Assembly (NCBI GenBank): GCA_051746185.1
Contig: JBNJEV010000009.1
Span: 2,240 to 66,239 of the forward strand
Direction: 5' to 3'
Length of the DNA: 64,000 bases
DNA from: Bacteroidota bacterium
GTDB lineage: Bacteria > Bacteroidota > Bacteroidia > Bacteroidales > GCA-2748055
This document shows positions 46,566 through 56,800 of the stretch, in pieces. The stretch's first letter is position 1. Every line of letters starts with the position of its first letter. Below the pieces are notes generated by a model. That model had not been told where the DNA came from. It saw only the letters and a program-made list of their open reading frames with translations, and searched no databases. The translations under genes were made by a program, and so were the position numbers.

Positions 46566-47036
46566 ATGAAAACAGGGTTCCCCTTCATACTGATCATGGT
46601 CCTGATGATCTCCTGTGTCACCCGGGATATCTGTGATCAGAGCAATCAATCGGAGCTTATTGCCAGGTTCAAAAAAGGCACCCTGAACAACCCGGAAGAT
46701 ACCCTTGTTCCCGGGGTAAGCGTTTACGGGCTCAGGCAGGGGATGAGTGACAGCCTGCTTTATGATTCGGTGACCGCTTCTAGGCTCATCCTTCCCCTGG
46801 ATCCCCGCCATGGAGAGTCCCGGTTCGTGATGAACATCGGGGAACAACAGGATACCCTCGAAATCGTCCATGATAACGATGCATACCTGATTTCTTATGA
46901 TTGTGGATTCGGCATGCTGTTCAACCTCCGGAACATTCAGCATACCGGCCATGTGATCAGGGATGTGGAACTCATCAATGCCCAGGTGGATGCTGAATTT
47001 CTGCAGGATGAAGAACATATCTGGATATTCTACTGA
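46566..47036 (+). CDS. Lipoprotein, DUF6452-like
   Basis: Lipobox MISC..DIC, LPLDP, DTL, ISYDCG, HIWIFY. Confidence 0.75.
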   Translation: MKTGFPFILIMVLMISCVTRDICDQSNQSELIARFKKGTLNNPEDTLVPGVSVYGLRQGMSDSLLYDSVTASRLILPLDPRHGESRFVMNIGEQQDTLEIVHDNDAYLISYDCGFGMLFNLRNIQHTGHVIRDVELINAQVDAEFLQDEEHIWIFY

Positions 47037-47679
47037 GCTGCTTCTGCTTGTCATCCTCCTTCTGCTGATCCGGCCCGCAGCAGGACAGGATACATTGCGC
47101 ACATATGGTCCACGCCTGGGAGTGGATCTGGCCAGGTTCGCTTACCTGTTTGCCGATCCGGCCCAGACCGGTGCGGAAATCTCCCTGGATGCTGAGCTTT
47201 ACCGGAACCTTTACCCTGTCATGGAAGCAGGGTATAACCGTATTGCGGCATCGGGTGACCTGTTTGACTATACAGCAGCTGGCACCTACGCAAGACTGGG
47301 TGCAGACTACAATGTTCTTCCCATGGACGACAGATCGGTTCATCACACCATTACCGGAGGAGCCCGTTACGGGGTATCCTTTTTCTCACACCGGGCCGAA
47401 AAGATCCGTATACCCAGTGATTACTGGGGGGATTACATCCTTGATTCCTACAGCAACAGTCTGAGGGGGCACTGGCTTGAGCTGGTCGTCGCGGCAAGAA
47501 CGGAGGTGGCTCCCAATTTCTTCCTGGGATGGTCGATCCGTTACAAGATCCTGCTCACGCCCCATATGGACGACCGGGTCACTCCCCGGCTGGTCCCGGG
47601 GTACGGACGGGGCTCGGTCGAACGGGAATTCGGATTTACCTATCAGATCATGTACAAAATCCCGGTCATGAAGCAATAA
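47008..47679 (+). CDS. Outer-membrane beta-barrel protein, DUF6048-like
   Basis: GPRLGVDL, YPVMEAGY, GTYARLGADYN, HWLE, VPGYG; paired with the DUF6452-like gene. Confidence 0.75.
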   Translation: MKNISGYSTELLLLVILLLLIRPAAGQDTLRTYGPRLGVDLARFAYLFADPAQTGAEISLDAELYRNLYPVMEAGYNRIAASGDLFDYTAAGTYARLGADYNVLPMDDRSVHHTITGGARYGVSFFSHRAEKIRIPSDYWGDYILDSYSNSLRGHWLELVVAARTEVAPNFFLGWSIRYKILLTPHMDDRVTPRLVPGYGRGSVEREFGFTYQIMYKIPVMKQ

Positions 47680-47704
47680 TTGATCCGGTACAAACCAACC
47701 ACTC

Positions 47705-48694
47705 ATGGAATATACACCATCAGAAAACAGGTACAGCACCATGAAATATAACCGGTGCGGCAAAAGCGGACTGCTGTTACCCGCTGTTTCTCTGGGCCTG
47801 TGGCAGAATTTCGGGGCCGGGGAAAGCATGGAAAAGATGAAAGAGATCCTGTTCACAGCTTTCGATGCCGGGATCACCCATTTCGATCTGGCCAACAACT
47901 ACGGTCCTCCTCCGGGAAGTGCCGAGGAAAATTTCAACAAGATCATGCGATCCGGACTGGGCAAATTCAGGGATGAGCTGATCATCTCCACCAAGGCGGG
48001 ATATACCATGTGGGACGGGCCTTATGGAGACTGGGGCAGCCGCAAATATATGCTGGCAAGCCTTGACCAGAGCCTGAAGAGACTGGGACTGGAGTATGTG
48101 GATATCTATTACTCCCACAGGCCGGATCCGGACACCCCTGTGGAGGAGACCATGATGTCGCTCGATACCGCGGTCCGGCAGGGTAAGGCCCTGTATGCGG
48201 GTATCTCCAATTATGATGCCGAACAGACCGGAGAAGCGGTGGAGGTACTGGAAGGACTGGGGACTCCCTGCCTGATCCACCAGCCAAGGTACAACCTGTT
48301 CGACCGCTGGGTGGAAGGCGGATTGCTGGATGTGCTGGAGAACAAAGGTATCGGATGCATACCTTTCAGTCCCCTCGCCCAGGGACTGCTGACCGAACGG
48401 TACCTGAAAGGGATCCCGGAAGGATCCAGGATCGCCCGCCGGAGCTTTTCCCTGGGTGAGGAAGACCTGGAAGCGGACAAAATGGTGAAGATCAAAGCCC
48501 TGAACGACCATGCCCGGCAGCGCGGCCAATCCCTGGCCCAGATGGCGCTGTCCTGGTTGCTGAATGAACCCCGGGTGACCTCGGTGCTGATCGGTGCAAG
48601 TTCGGTCTCCCAGCTGGAAGAAAACATAAAAGCCATCGATCATCCCGGATTCACACGTGACGAACTGGCCTATATTGACAACATCCTTCAGTGA
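47705..48694 (+). CDS. L-glyceraldehyde 3-phosphate reductase-like aldo/keto reductase (YghZ/Gpr type)
   Basis: RCGKSGLLLPAVSLGLWQNFG, THFDLANNYGPPPGSAE, STKAGY.MW.GPYG, GKALYAGISNY. Confidence 0.92.
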   Translation: MEYTPSENRYSTMKYNRCGKSGLLLPAVSLGLWQNFGAGESMEKMKEILFTAFDAGITHFDLANNYGPPPGSAEENFNKIMRSGLGKFRDELIISTKAGYTMWDGPYGDWGSRKYMLASLDQSLKRLGLEYVDIYYSHRPDPDTPVEETMMSLDTAVRQGKALYAGISNYDAEQTGEAVEVLEGLGTPCLIHQPRYNLFDRWVEGGLLDVLENKGIGCIPFSPLAQGLLTERYLKGIPEGSRIARRSFSLGEEDLEADKMVKIKALNDHARQRGQSLAQMALSWLLNEPRVTSVLIGASSVSQLEENIKAIDHPGFTRDELAYIDNILQ

Positions 48695-48745
48695 TGCATG
48701 GCGATCCCCTGATGCATGCACCTCCCTGCAGCAAATCTGTTGCTT

Positions 48746-51061
48746 CTACTGACCGGAATTTTGTTCCTGCATGGGATTGGAGGGAGAACGACCTCTGCGG
48801 GAGCTTTTGTAGAGTTCGAAGCGGTGCTCTTCCAGCCGGGAAGGCCAGTGGTTGTTCCCGGTATCGATATCGGCAGTTTCCAAAAACGGATCAAGGGACA
48901 CCGAGACCATCTCTTTATCAAAAATGAAGACCTTGGAGATCTTCCGGTTGTTCCTGCTCCAGACCTGCGCCGGGATACGGATCACCTCGCTCTCGCCCCC
49001 GGCGAATTCGAACTGAAGGATCAGCGGCATGACCAACCCGCCCCGGTTGGAGAAATCCAGCTGGTAATAGTACTGATCCGAAGCGAGCCATTCTTTTTCC
49101 TGGCGGTTCAGGGTGGAAAGGTATGTCCGGTATGCTTTTTGCTCGGCGCGGGTGACCTCGAATTCATCATAATCGTCATAAAAATCACGCATGGACGGAT
49201 CTGTCTCCACCATGGATTTCAGTTCCTGCCTGTTGCGGGTGACGGAAAGATCTTCGGGCCCGGCTTCCTGCAGCTGCTTCCGGAATGCTTTCTCTTTGGC
49301 CGGATCCCCCGAACTCATCCTGTACAGGGTCACTTTGTCCAGGGAAATATCCACCGGATCGGTCCCATAGAACCATCCCCGCCAGAACCAGTCCAGATCC
49401 ACCGCCGATGCATCTTCCAGGGTCCTGAACAGATCCTCCGGGGTCGGGTGTTTGAACATCCACCGCCGGGCATACTGTTTGAATGCAAAATCGAACAGCT
49501 CACGTCCCATGATCGTTTCCCTGAGGATGGTCAATCCGGTGGCAGGCTTGTCATAGGCATTGTTGCTGAACTGCATGGTGAGCTCTCCGTTGATCATGAT
49601 GGGGGCGATATGGGACTGGTCCCCCTTCATATAATCCACGATATCCCTGGGCCTTCCCTCGGGAGAAGGACAGTCATGGTCCCACTCCCGCTCGGCGATC
49701 CCCTGCAGGAATGTATTGAGGCCTTCATCCATCCAGGTCCACTGGCGCTCATCGGAATTGACGATCATGGGGAAAAAGTTGTGTCCCACTTCATGAATGA
49801 TCACCCCGATCATCCCCCACTTGGTCCGTTCCGAATAGGTTCCGTCCGGTTCCGGCCTGCCCCCGTTAAAGCTCATCATGGGATATTCCATCCCGATGTG
49901 GTTGGTATGGACCGAATAGGCTACCGGATACGGATATTCAAAGGTATGCCGCGAATAAACCTTCAGGGTATGTGCCACGACCCTGGTGGAATATTTTTCC
50001 CAGAGGGGATTCCCTTCCTTCGGATAAAGCGATGTGGCCAGTACCGTCCGGTCGCCGAAGGCCACGGCCATGCCGTCCCAGATAAATTTCCGTGAACTGG
50101 CAAATGCAAAATCCCGTACCTTTTCCGCCCTGAATTTCCAGGTCTTCATCTCTTTGGAACGCTTTTTTTCAGATGCCCTGGCTTCCTCTTCGGTAACGAT
50201 GGCCACCGGCTCGTCATAGGATCCATGGGCTTCCCTGAACCTGTCCAGGCGCGTTCCGGACAGCACTTCCTCCGGATTGAGCAGAACACCCGTGGCACCC
50301 ACCACATGGTCGGCGGGTGCGGTGATCTCCACCTGGTAATCCCCGAACGGCAGGGCGAATTCTGTCCGTCCGAGGAACTGGTTGTTCTGCCACCCTTCGA
50401 ATTCACTGTAAACAGCCATTCTGGGGAAGAACTGGGCAATGGTATAAATGTAGTTCCCGTCCTCCTCGAAATACTCCATTCCCGAGCGGCCTCCGCCATC
50501 CTTCATCCGGTCATTGATGTTGTACCACCATTTGATCTCCATCAGGAATTTCTCCCCCGGCTGCAGCGGTTCCGGAAGGTCCACCCTCATCATGGTATAA
50601 TTCACGGTATGGGGCAGCGGATTTCCGGCCGAATCCCTTACATGCTCCAGATGGAATCCCCCTTCGAAATCGCTGAAGATCCGGCCCAGGGCACTGAAGG
50701 GGATCCGCTCACCCAGGGTGTAGGTGGAGATCTTTTCCGAGAGATTGTCCTTCTGCCGGACATTCTGGTCCAGCTGCACCCATAGGTAGGTCAGCACGTC
50801 GGGGGAATGGTTGATGTACTCGATCACCTCCCTGCCCCTGATCTTCTGGTTCCCGTCATCCAGTTCCACCTGGATCCTGTAATTGGCCTCCTGCTGCCAG
50901 TAGAGTTGTCCGGGCGCTCCGGAGGCTGTCCGGTACGCATTCGGTGTGGAAAATTCGGTTCCCATCTGCCTGAACGGATTACGGGAAGGATCAAAATCCT
51001 TCTGGGCCGTCAGTCCGTTCGTTAATATTCCACTGATTATGAGCAATATGATCCGCTTCAT
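48746..51061 (-). CDS. M1-family metallopeptidase, exported
   Basis: YRTASGAPG..YWQQ, GMEYPM, HEVGHNFFPM, WMDEGLN; signal peptide. Confidence 0.9.
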   Translation of the reverse strand: MKRIILLIISGILTNGLTAQKDFDPSRNPFRQMGTEFSTPNAYRTASGAPGQLYWQQEANYRIQVELDDGNQKIRGREVIEYINHSPDVLTYLWVQLDQNVRQKDNLSEKISTYTLGERIPFSALGRIFSDFEGGFHLEHVRDSAGNPLPHTVNYTMMRVDLPEPLQPGEKFLMEIKWWYNINDRMKDGGGRSGMEYFEEDGNYIYTIAQFFPRMAVYSEFEGWQNNQFLGRTEFALPFGDYQVEITAPADHVVGATGVLLNPEEVLSGTRLDRFREAHGSYDEPVAIVTEEEARASEKKRSKEMKTWKFRAEKVRDFAFASSRKFIWDGMAVAFGDRTVLATSLYPKEGNPLWEKYSTRVVAHTLKVYSRHTFEYPYPVAYSVHTNHIGMEYPMMSFNGGRPEPDGTYSERTKWGMIGVIIHEVGHNFFPMIVNSDERQWTWMDEGLNTFLQGIAEREWDHDCPSPEGRPRDIVDYMKGDQSHIAPIMINGELTMQFSNNAYDKPATGLTILRETIMGRELFDFAFKQYARRWMFKHPTPEDLFRTLEDASAVDLDWFWRGWFYGTDPVDISLDKVTLYRMSSGDPAKEKAFRKQLQEAGPEDLSVTRNRQELKSMVETDPSMRDFYDDYDEFEVTRAEQKAYRTYLSTLNRQEKEWLASDQYYYQLDFSNRGGLVMPLILQFEFAGGESEVIRIPAQVWSRNNRKISKVFIFDKEMVSVSLDPFLETADIDTGNNHWPSRLEEHRFELYKSSRRGRSPSNPMQEQNSGQ

Positions 51062-51123
51062 GAACACAGTATTTGGGATGACCTCCCAAAGTTAACAAAA
51101 GATTTTTCATCTTTGTTGATGCA

Positions 51124-51651
51124 ATGCGATCCGGACTGATGAACAAAAAGCGGTTCCTCCCCCTGCTGCTGGCAGCCGTTGTGACGGTGAGCGGAAGCTG
51201 GATCAGGCATGAATTCTATGTGAGCCTGACCGAGATCAGGTACAACCCTGATACCGGAAGGTTCGAGATCTCCATGCGCATTTTTCCCGACGACCTGGAC
51301 CTTGCACTGAAAAGACGGCACGGGATCTCCACCCACCTGGCCACCCGGCTGGAACCGCCGGAAGCGGACAGCCTGCTGGAAAGATACCTGGCGGAACATT
51401 TCCAGATAGATGCGGCTGACCATGAGCTGCAGCTGAACTACCTTGGTAAGGAGCCCGAATCGGATGCCATCTGGTGCTACCTGGAATCTTCTCCGGTACC
51501 CCCGCCTCCGGTCATCCGGGTCAGGAATTCCATCCTGATCCCGGATTTCCCGGATCAGGTCAATATCGTACAGGTTTACGTGGGTGAATGGAACAAGGGC
51601 ATTTTGCTCAGCGGAATGCAGGTTTCCGATACTTTGAAAATCGATCGTTGA
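51124..51651 (+). CDS. DUF6702-like exported protein
   Basis: HEFYVSLTEI, RIFPDDL..AL, DQVNIV; divergent from the M1 peptidase; start may be 51139. Confidence 0.75.
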   Translation: MRSGLMNKKRFLPLLLAAVVTVSGSWIRHEFYVSLTEIRYNPDTGRFEISMRIFPDDLDLALKRRHGISTHLATRLEPPEADSLLERYLAEHFQIDAADHELQLNYLGKEPESDAIWCYLESSPVPPPPVIRVRNSILIPDFPDQVNIVQVYVGEWNKGILLSGMQVSDTLKIDR

Positions 51652-52580
51652 TCAATTCAGATCGAGCTCTACCTCGTTCAGTTCCCGGTCGATGAATTCC
51701 AGCTCACCGTCTGAGAGGATGATCGAACGTGCACCGGCATTCTCTTTCACCTGGGTGCTGTCCCTGGCTCCCACCAGCACCACGCTGATCCCGGGCTGTT
51801 GTAGTGTCCACCGGATCACCAGCTGGGAGAGGGTGGCATTTTTCGATTCGGCCAGGGGTTTCAGCTTTTCCAGGAACTGATTGATCTTGATCAGGTTATT
51901 GATCCTGAAATGGGGGGTCTCAGGTCTCGAATCACCCGGCCGGAATGGATAATCAGGGGTGATCTTTCCTGTGAGACCTATTCAATATCCCTTCTGACCA
52001 TGCTGTAGGGTACCTGGTTGGAGGCCGGTTCCATCACCGTGCAGGCCTGTTCCAGTTCCTCCACCGAATAGTTGCTCACTCCTGCAGCCCGGATCTTGCC
52101 CTGCTTTTTCAACAGCCGGAAGGCTTCCATGGTTTCTTCAACAGGTGTAGTGGGATCGGGCCAGTGGATCTGGTAAAGATCAATATAATCGGTTCCCAGT
52201 CTTTTCAGGCTCTGTTCGCATTCATGAAGGATGCTCTTTTTTCCGGCGAATTTATAAATGTCCCTGAGCTGGCCCTGATTGTCCCTGGTGGTGAAGTAAT
52301 AGGCACCCCTGGAATCTTCCCACCGCAGGCCTGCCTTGGTGAAGATCTCAAATTGATCACGCCTGCCGCGGATGGCCTCACCCACAATTTCTTCAGAGAG
52401 TCCGAACCCGTAAACCGCTGCCGTATCAACGGAACTGATGCCCAGGTCCAGGCTGGCATGAATGGCCTGAATGGAATCTTTCCTGTCCGATCCTCCCCAC
52501 ATCCATCCCCCGATGGCCCAGGCTCCCGGGGCGATGGGTGATACGGAGATTCCGGATGTGCCCAGTGTTTTTTTATTCAT
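51652..52580 (-). pseudogene. Aldo/keto reductase disrupted by frameshift and apparent internal deletion
   Basis: First frame (GAWAIGG, DTAAVYG, DLYQIHWPD) stops at ...RRDIE-TAG (51978). The AKR C-terminus GLTGKITP...LSQLVIRW...VGAR..QV.EN continues in another frame to TGA at 51652. The usual ...AYSPL... segment is absent. Confidence 0.8.
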
Positions 52581-53506
52581 ACATGGCGATTTTTTACTGT
52601 TTCGGCATACTCCGGCGACAGATAGTTCTCATAACCCAGGCACACTTCACGGGAAAATTCGATGGCCATGGTGATCAGTTCATTCCATTCCTTTTTTCCG
52701 AGGTTGTCAATCTGATCCAGAGTGCATCCCATCCGGTACAATCCGTAAATGATCCCCGCATTGAAGGTGTCCCCGGCACCGATGGTGCTGACAGGCTCGA
52801 TCCGTTGCACTTCCACATGGATCGACAGCTTTTCGGTCCTGAGATGTACTCCTTTTCCGCTGGTGGTGTAAAGCAGAATGGAGCAATGGGGACGGACATG
52901 CTCCCAGGCATCATCCGGGCGATCGACCCGGAAGATATTGATCAGGTCCTCATCGCTGGCCCGGACGATGGATGCATATTCCATGTTCTGCCTGATCACC
53001 GGGACAAGTTCGCTCAGGCTGGCAAGATGGCTGCTCCTGAAATTGGGATCATACAGAAGGATTGCCCCTGCCCCGGTTGCCTTATCGAGCAATTCCCTGA
53101 CCCTGGGCCTGATCCCGGGATTCAGCGCATAGAAGGAACCGAAAAGCAGAAGGTCATTCCGCCTGAATTCGGGGAACTCAACTGCCAGGCGCTGATGGGG
53201 ATAATCTTTGTAAAACTGGTACTCGGCATCGCTCTTTTCATTGAGAAAGGCAAGTGCAACCGCTGACTGTCCGTTCTCGTACCTGGACATATATTTGCTG
53301 TTCACCCCGTTGGTCACAAGAAAGTCCTGGATCAAATCACCCACCCGGTCATTTCCCATCTCGCTGATAAAGGTGACCGGGGTGCCCAGCCGTCCAAGCG
53401 AAATGGCCGCATTGAAAGAAGAGCCGCCCGGTTTTGCTGCCCTGGGCTGATCGTTCCTGAATATGATATCCAGGATGGTCTCCCCTACTGCATAGATCTG
53501 TTGCAT
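52577..53506 (-). CDS. PfkB-family carbohydrate kinase (fructokinase-like)
   Basis: PGGSSFNAA, YDPNFR, STIGAGDTFNAG. Confidence 0.9.
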   Translation of the reverse strand: MQQIYAVGETILDIIFRNDQPRAAKPGGSSFNAAISLGRLGTPVTFISEMGNDRVGDLIQDFLVTNGVNSKYMSRYENGQSAVALAFLNEKSDAEYQFYKDYPHQRLAVEFPEFRRNDLLLFGSFYALNPGIRPRVRELLDKATGAGAILLYDPNFRSSHLASLSELVPVIRQNMEYASIVRASDEDLINIFRVDRPDDAWEHVRPHCSILLYTTSGKGVHLRTEKLSIHVEVQRIEPVSTIGAGDTFNAGIIYGLYRMGCTLDQIDNLGKKEWNELITMAIEFSREVCLGYENYLSPEYAETVKNRHV

Positions 53507-53515
53507 ATTCCGGTT

Positions 53516-54058
53516 TTATTTTACCAGACGGGAAATGGCCCTGAACTCATCGGTCCCCGATACCCGGGCCAGTTCGAAAAGAATGGATTCCATGGTGGTG
53601 AGAATGGCTCCTTCCTGGCGCATTCTTTCCAGGGCCACCGCTTTGTCGCCCTGCTTTCGGGATGCGGTGCAGTCAGCCACCACCACCGGGGTGAATCCAT
53701 TGGCCGCCAGATCGATCACCGTTTGCAGCACACAGACATGGGTTTCGATCCCGCAGATGATCACTTTCCACCTGGTGGTCCGCTCCAGTGCCATCAGGTA
53801 GGCCGGTTCGTCACAGCACGAGAAAGCGACCTTTCTGATGGGATGGAACTCGGCCAGGGCCTGTTTGATCTCCTGCACGGTATCGCCCAGGCCCTCCGGG
53901 TACTGCTCGGTAAGCATCACGGGCACTTCCAGTATCTGAAGTCCCTGTAGCAGAATGCCCGTCCGGTGCAGAAGCTCTTCAGCCTGATCCATATGCGGAT
54001 AGAGCCGCTCCTGGATATCGATCACCAGTCCGGTGCAATCCTCTCTGTTGATTCTCAT
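53516..54058 (-). CDS. Isochorismatase-family hydrolase
   Basis: VIDIQERL, TEQYP.GLG, FSC, GIETHVCV.QT. Confidence 0.9.
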   Translation of the reverse strand: MRINREDCTGLVIDIQERLYPHMDQAEELLHRTGILLQGLQILEVPVMLTEQYPEGLGDTVQEIKQALAEFHPIRKVAFSCCDEPAYLMALERTTRWKVIICGIETHVCVLQTVIDLAANGFTPVVVADCTASRKQGDKAVALERMRQEGAILTTMESILFELARVSGTDEFRAISRLVK

Positions 54059-54669
54059 TTTCTTCTTTCTCTTGATTTTTGCCCGAGATATCCCCCGTGA
54101 TGTCTCCGGGCATAATCCTCCTCGGTGAACCGGATCCTCTTCATCAGAAGCACCACCAGCACATCACCCATGACGGCCATGGCCGTGGATGAAGTGGTGG
54201 GGGTCAGCCCGAGGGGACACACTTCCTCCGGTTGCCCCGTGAGCAGGACCACCTCGGATTGCCTGACCAGATCTCCTTCGGGATTCCCGGTTATCAGTAC
54301 CAACGGTATTCCTGGATAAAGCGCATGGGCCAGATCCACCAGCTCAAGGATCTCCCGGGTCTTCCCCGAGTTGGAAAGCAGCACCAGCACATCGTTCTCC
54401 CTGATCACGCCCAGGTCACCGTGCTGTGCTTCGCTGGGATGAATGAATATCGAAGGTGTTCCGGTCGAACTGAGCGTGGTGGCAATGTGGTTGGCCACAT
54501 GACCCGCTTTCCCCATCCCGCTGGCAATGATCTTTCCGCCGAGCAGATGCACCTTTTCATAGATCAGATGAACCACACGTTCGTATTCCCCGTTCACCGG
54601 AATGGACCTGATGGCTTCCGCCTCCCTTGCCAGGATGGTTCTGATTTCTTCCACAATGCTGAGGATCAT
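54055..54669 (-). CDS. kdsD: SIS-domain sugar-phosphate isomerase (arabinose-5-phosphate isomerase-like, no CBS domains)
   Basis: SGMGKAG, STGTPS, EAQHGDLG, SNSGKT, LTPTTSS, HHGGYLG. Confidence 0.85.
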   Translation of the reverse strand: MILSIVEEIRTILAREAEAIRSIPVNGEYERVVHLIYEKVHLLGGKIIASGMGKAGHVANHIATTLSSTGTPSIFIHPSEAQHGDLGVIRENDVLVLLSNSGKTREILELVDLAHALYPGIPLVLITGNPEGDLVRQSEVVLLTGQPEEVCPLGLTPTTSSTAMAVMGDVLVVLLMKRIRFTEEDYARRHHGGYLGQKSRERRK

Positions 54670-54674
54670 GGTTC

Positions 54675-55640
54675 CTATTGTGATTGGATCCTGCTTTTCA
54701 CACTGTCCTCAAGCTTGACCAGATCGGCCGTGAAACGCCTGATGCCCTCCGAAAGCTTGTCCACGGCCATGGGATCTTCATTGTGCATCCACCTGAACTG
54801 CTTTTCGTCAAGACTGATCTTCTTCAGGTCCATTTTCATGGATTCCTCCGCATTGAGCTTTCTTTCCAGGGAACCTTCTGTGGCTTCCAGCTCCTTCAGA
54901 AGCGCGGGGGAAATGGTGAGAAGATCACATCCCGCCAGTTCAATGATCTCCTCTGTATTTCTGAAAGATGCTCCCATGACCTCCGTCTTGTAACCGAACT
55001 TTTTATAGTAATGATAAATGTTCCTGACAGAATGAACACCCGGATCCTCGGGACCCGGTATATGATCCACCCCGCGGTCCTTTTTGTGCCAGTCATAGAT
55101 CCTTCCCACGAAAGGAGAAATGAGCTGCACCCCCGCCTCGGCACAGGCAATGGCCTGGGCCATGCTGAACAGGAGGGTCAGATTGCACCGGATGCCCTCC
55201 TTATCAAGCTCCCGGGCTGCAGTCACACCTTCCCAGGTGGACGCCACCTTGATCAGGATCTTCTCCCTGGAGATCCCGTTTTCCTCGTAAAGACCGATCA
55301 GCTTTCTTGCTTTTCCGATGCTCCCCTCAACATCGAAAGACAAACGGGCATCCACTTCGGTGGATACCCTCCGGGGCACGATTTTGAGGGTTTCGATCCC
55401 GAATGTCACAGCCAGCATATCCATGGTGTGGGTCAGTCGTTCTTCCGCTTTGCTCCCTGATTTCCGGCCGTAAGCAACTGACTGATCGATGAGATGCGCA
55501 TACTCGCTCTTCCGGGAAGCCGCATAGATCAGGGATGGATTGGTGGTGGCATCCACAGGCTGATAGTTCCTGATGCTTTCAAAGTCACCCGTATCGGCGA
55601 CCACCTGTGTGAATTGTTTCAATTGATCCAGTAGATTCAT
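54675..55640 (-). CDS. tal: Transaldolase
   Basis: [50 protein letters not shown]. Confidence 0.96.
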   Translation of the reverse strand: MNLLDQLKQFTQVVADTGDFESIRNYQPVDATTNPSLIYAASRKSEYAHLIDQSVAYGRKSGSKAEERLTHTMDMLAVTFGIETLKIVPRRVSTEVDARLSFDVEGSIGKARKLIGLYEENGISREKILIKVASTWEGVTAARELDKEGIRCNLTLLFSMAQAIACAEAGVQLISPFVGRIYDWHKKDRGVDHIPGPEDPGVHSVRNIYHYYKKFGYKTEVMGASFRNTEEIIELAGCDLLTISPALLKELEATEGSLERKLNAEESMKMDLKKISLDEKQFRWMHNEDPMAVDKLSEGIRRFTADLVKLEDSVKSRIQSQ

Positions 55641-55664
55641 ATGCAATGAGGATTAAACAGGCAT

Positions 55665-55672
55665 CAAAGTTA
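55665..55672 (-). promoter_or_regulatory. -7 promoter box for the tal operon (TAACTTTG)
   Basis: caaagtta on + about 25 nt upstream of the tal start. Confidence 0.6.
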
Positions 55673-55703
55673 AGAAAAAGTCGGTCAAGTGAAAGGATTG
55701 ACC

Positions 55704-56300
55704 TCACTTGACAAACTCCTCGAATCTTCTGAGAAGTTCCTCGGTGGATACCACCCTGGCATAGGTACCCTGCAGGGTCCCGAGGGTGGAATGATGGACA
55801 TTCTTGGCGGGAACGATATGATCTTCATACTGGAGGGCGCGGGTGGCACATGCATCCGACACCAGCAGACAGGAAATACCGAAGTCGTGGGCAGCCCTCA
55901 CGGCCGCCTCCACACACATGTGTGTCTGCATCCCGCAGATCACCAGCTGACCGATGCTGTCAGCCCGGATATTCCCCAGCAGGTCGGTACCCAGGAATGG
56001 ATTCACCTGATCCCTGGAGATCACGATCTCTCCGGGACGGGGCTGAACATAGTAATGAATGTTACCCCCGGGATCAAAGTCATGGACCACATGGTAGACC
56101 CTTAACCCGTTCTCTCTGAATTGTTCCAGCAACAATCCCGCATTCATGCCCGCCACCTCCGAATTTTCCAGTTGCAGCCCGCCGCCGGGAAAATAGTACT
56201 CCTGGATATCGATCAGCAGAAGAGCTGATTTCTGGCCATGCACCGGTATTCCCGCTGCACACAGGAACAGTGCCAGGATGAAAAAGAATCTACCTCTCAT
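55704..56300 (-). CDS. Cysteine hydrolase (isochorismatase family) with signal peptide
   Basis: ALLLIDIQ..YF, GMQTHMCV, DACATR; N-terminal signal peptide. Confidence 0.85.
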   Translation of the reverse strand: MRGRFFFILALFLCAAGIPVHGQKSALLLIDIQEYYFPGGGLQLENSEVAGMNAGLLLEQFRENGLRVYHVVHDFDPGGNIHYYVQPRPGEIVISRDQVNPFLGTDLLGNIRADSIGQLVICGMQTHMCVEAAVRAAHDFGISCLLVSDACATRALQYEDHIVPAKNVHHSTLGTLQGTYARVVSTEELLRRFEEFVK

Positions 56301-56665
56301 GCCGGGATAGTCAGTTTATCATGAGCATCTGTCCGCAATTTAAGGAATCCGGGCCAATCAAACAAGAAAGGGGTACCGGGCCCTACCCCAAAATTTCTTT
56401 TGATTTTCATGCATAAAAATATATTTTATCTATCTATTAACTAAATCGATGTTGATTTGGATAATAAATATATATTGATAGATATTTTTTAGAAATAACT
56501 AACCGAATTAGTATAATAAACTGATATTTTATGTTTTTGTACACCGATTTTCAGCCCTGTGAGGGTTCAGATCTTATGAAACCGGCAATATGGATCAATG
56601 ATGCAAAATCTGACAGAGATTGCATACCCCCCCTACCATAGAAAAATACATTTTTTATGATACTT

Positions 56666-56762
56666 ACCCCTATTCAGGTGGGGGGCATTTTAAAATATTT
56701 GCTACTTTATGAAATTTTACCCTATCTTTTTTGAGGGTTTGAAAATATTTTATATAGTTTTG
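56666..56762 (+). promoter_or_regulatory. Two ACCC(C)-GGG palindromes followed by a -7 box
   Basis: ACCCCTATTCAGGTGGGGGGC (56666-56686), ACCCTATCTTTTTTGAGGGT (56719-56738), TAGTTTTG (56755-56762). Confidence 0.55.
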
Positions 56763-56800
56763 TTACGATTTAATAGTCGTTCCATCTAAACATTTACACG

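Noticed and set aside
48691-48722. ATGCAT-containing weak palindrome between convergent genes
   Set aside because: Imperfect stem with no T tail; not enough to call a terminator.
51978-51980. TAG as possible stop-codon read-through (pyrrolysine or recoding)
   Set aside because: The C-terminal half is in a different frame and a conserved segment is missing; other genes here end in TAG normally.
56400-56560. Very AT-rich tract as a possible replication origin or foreign DNA
   Set aside because: No clustered DnaA boxes or mobility genes seen; better explained as a divergent promoter region.
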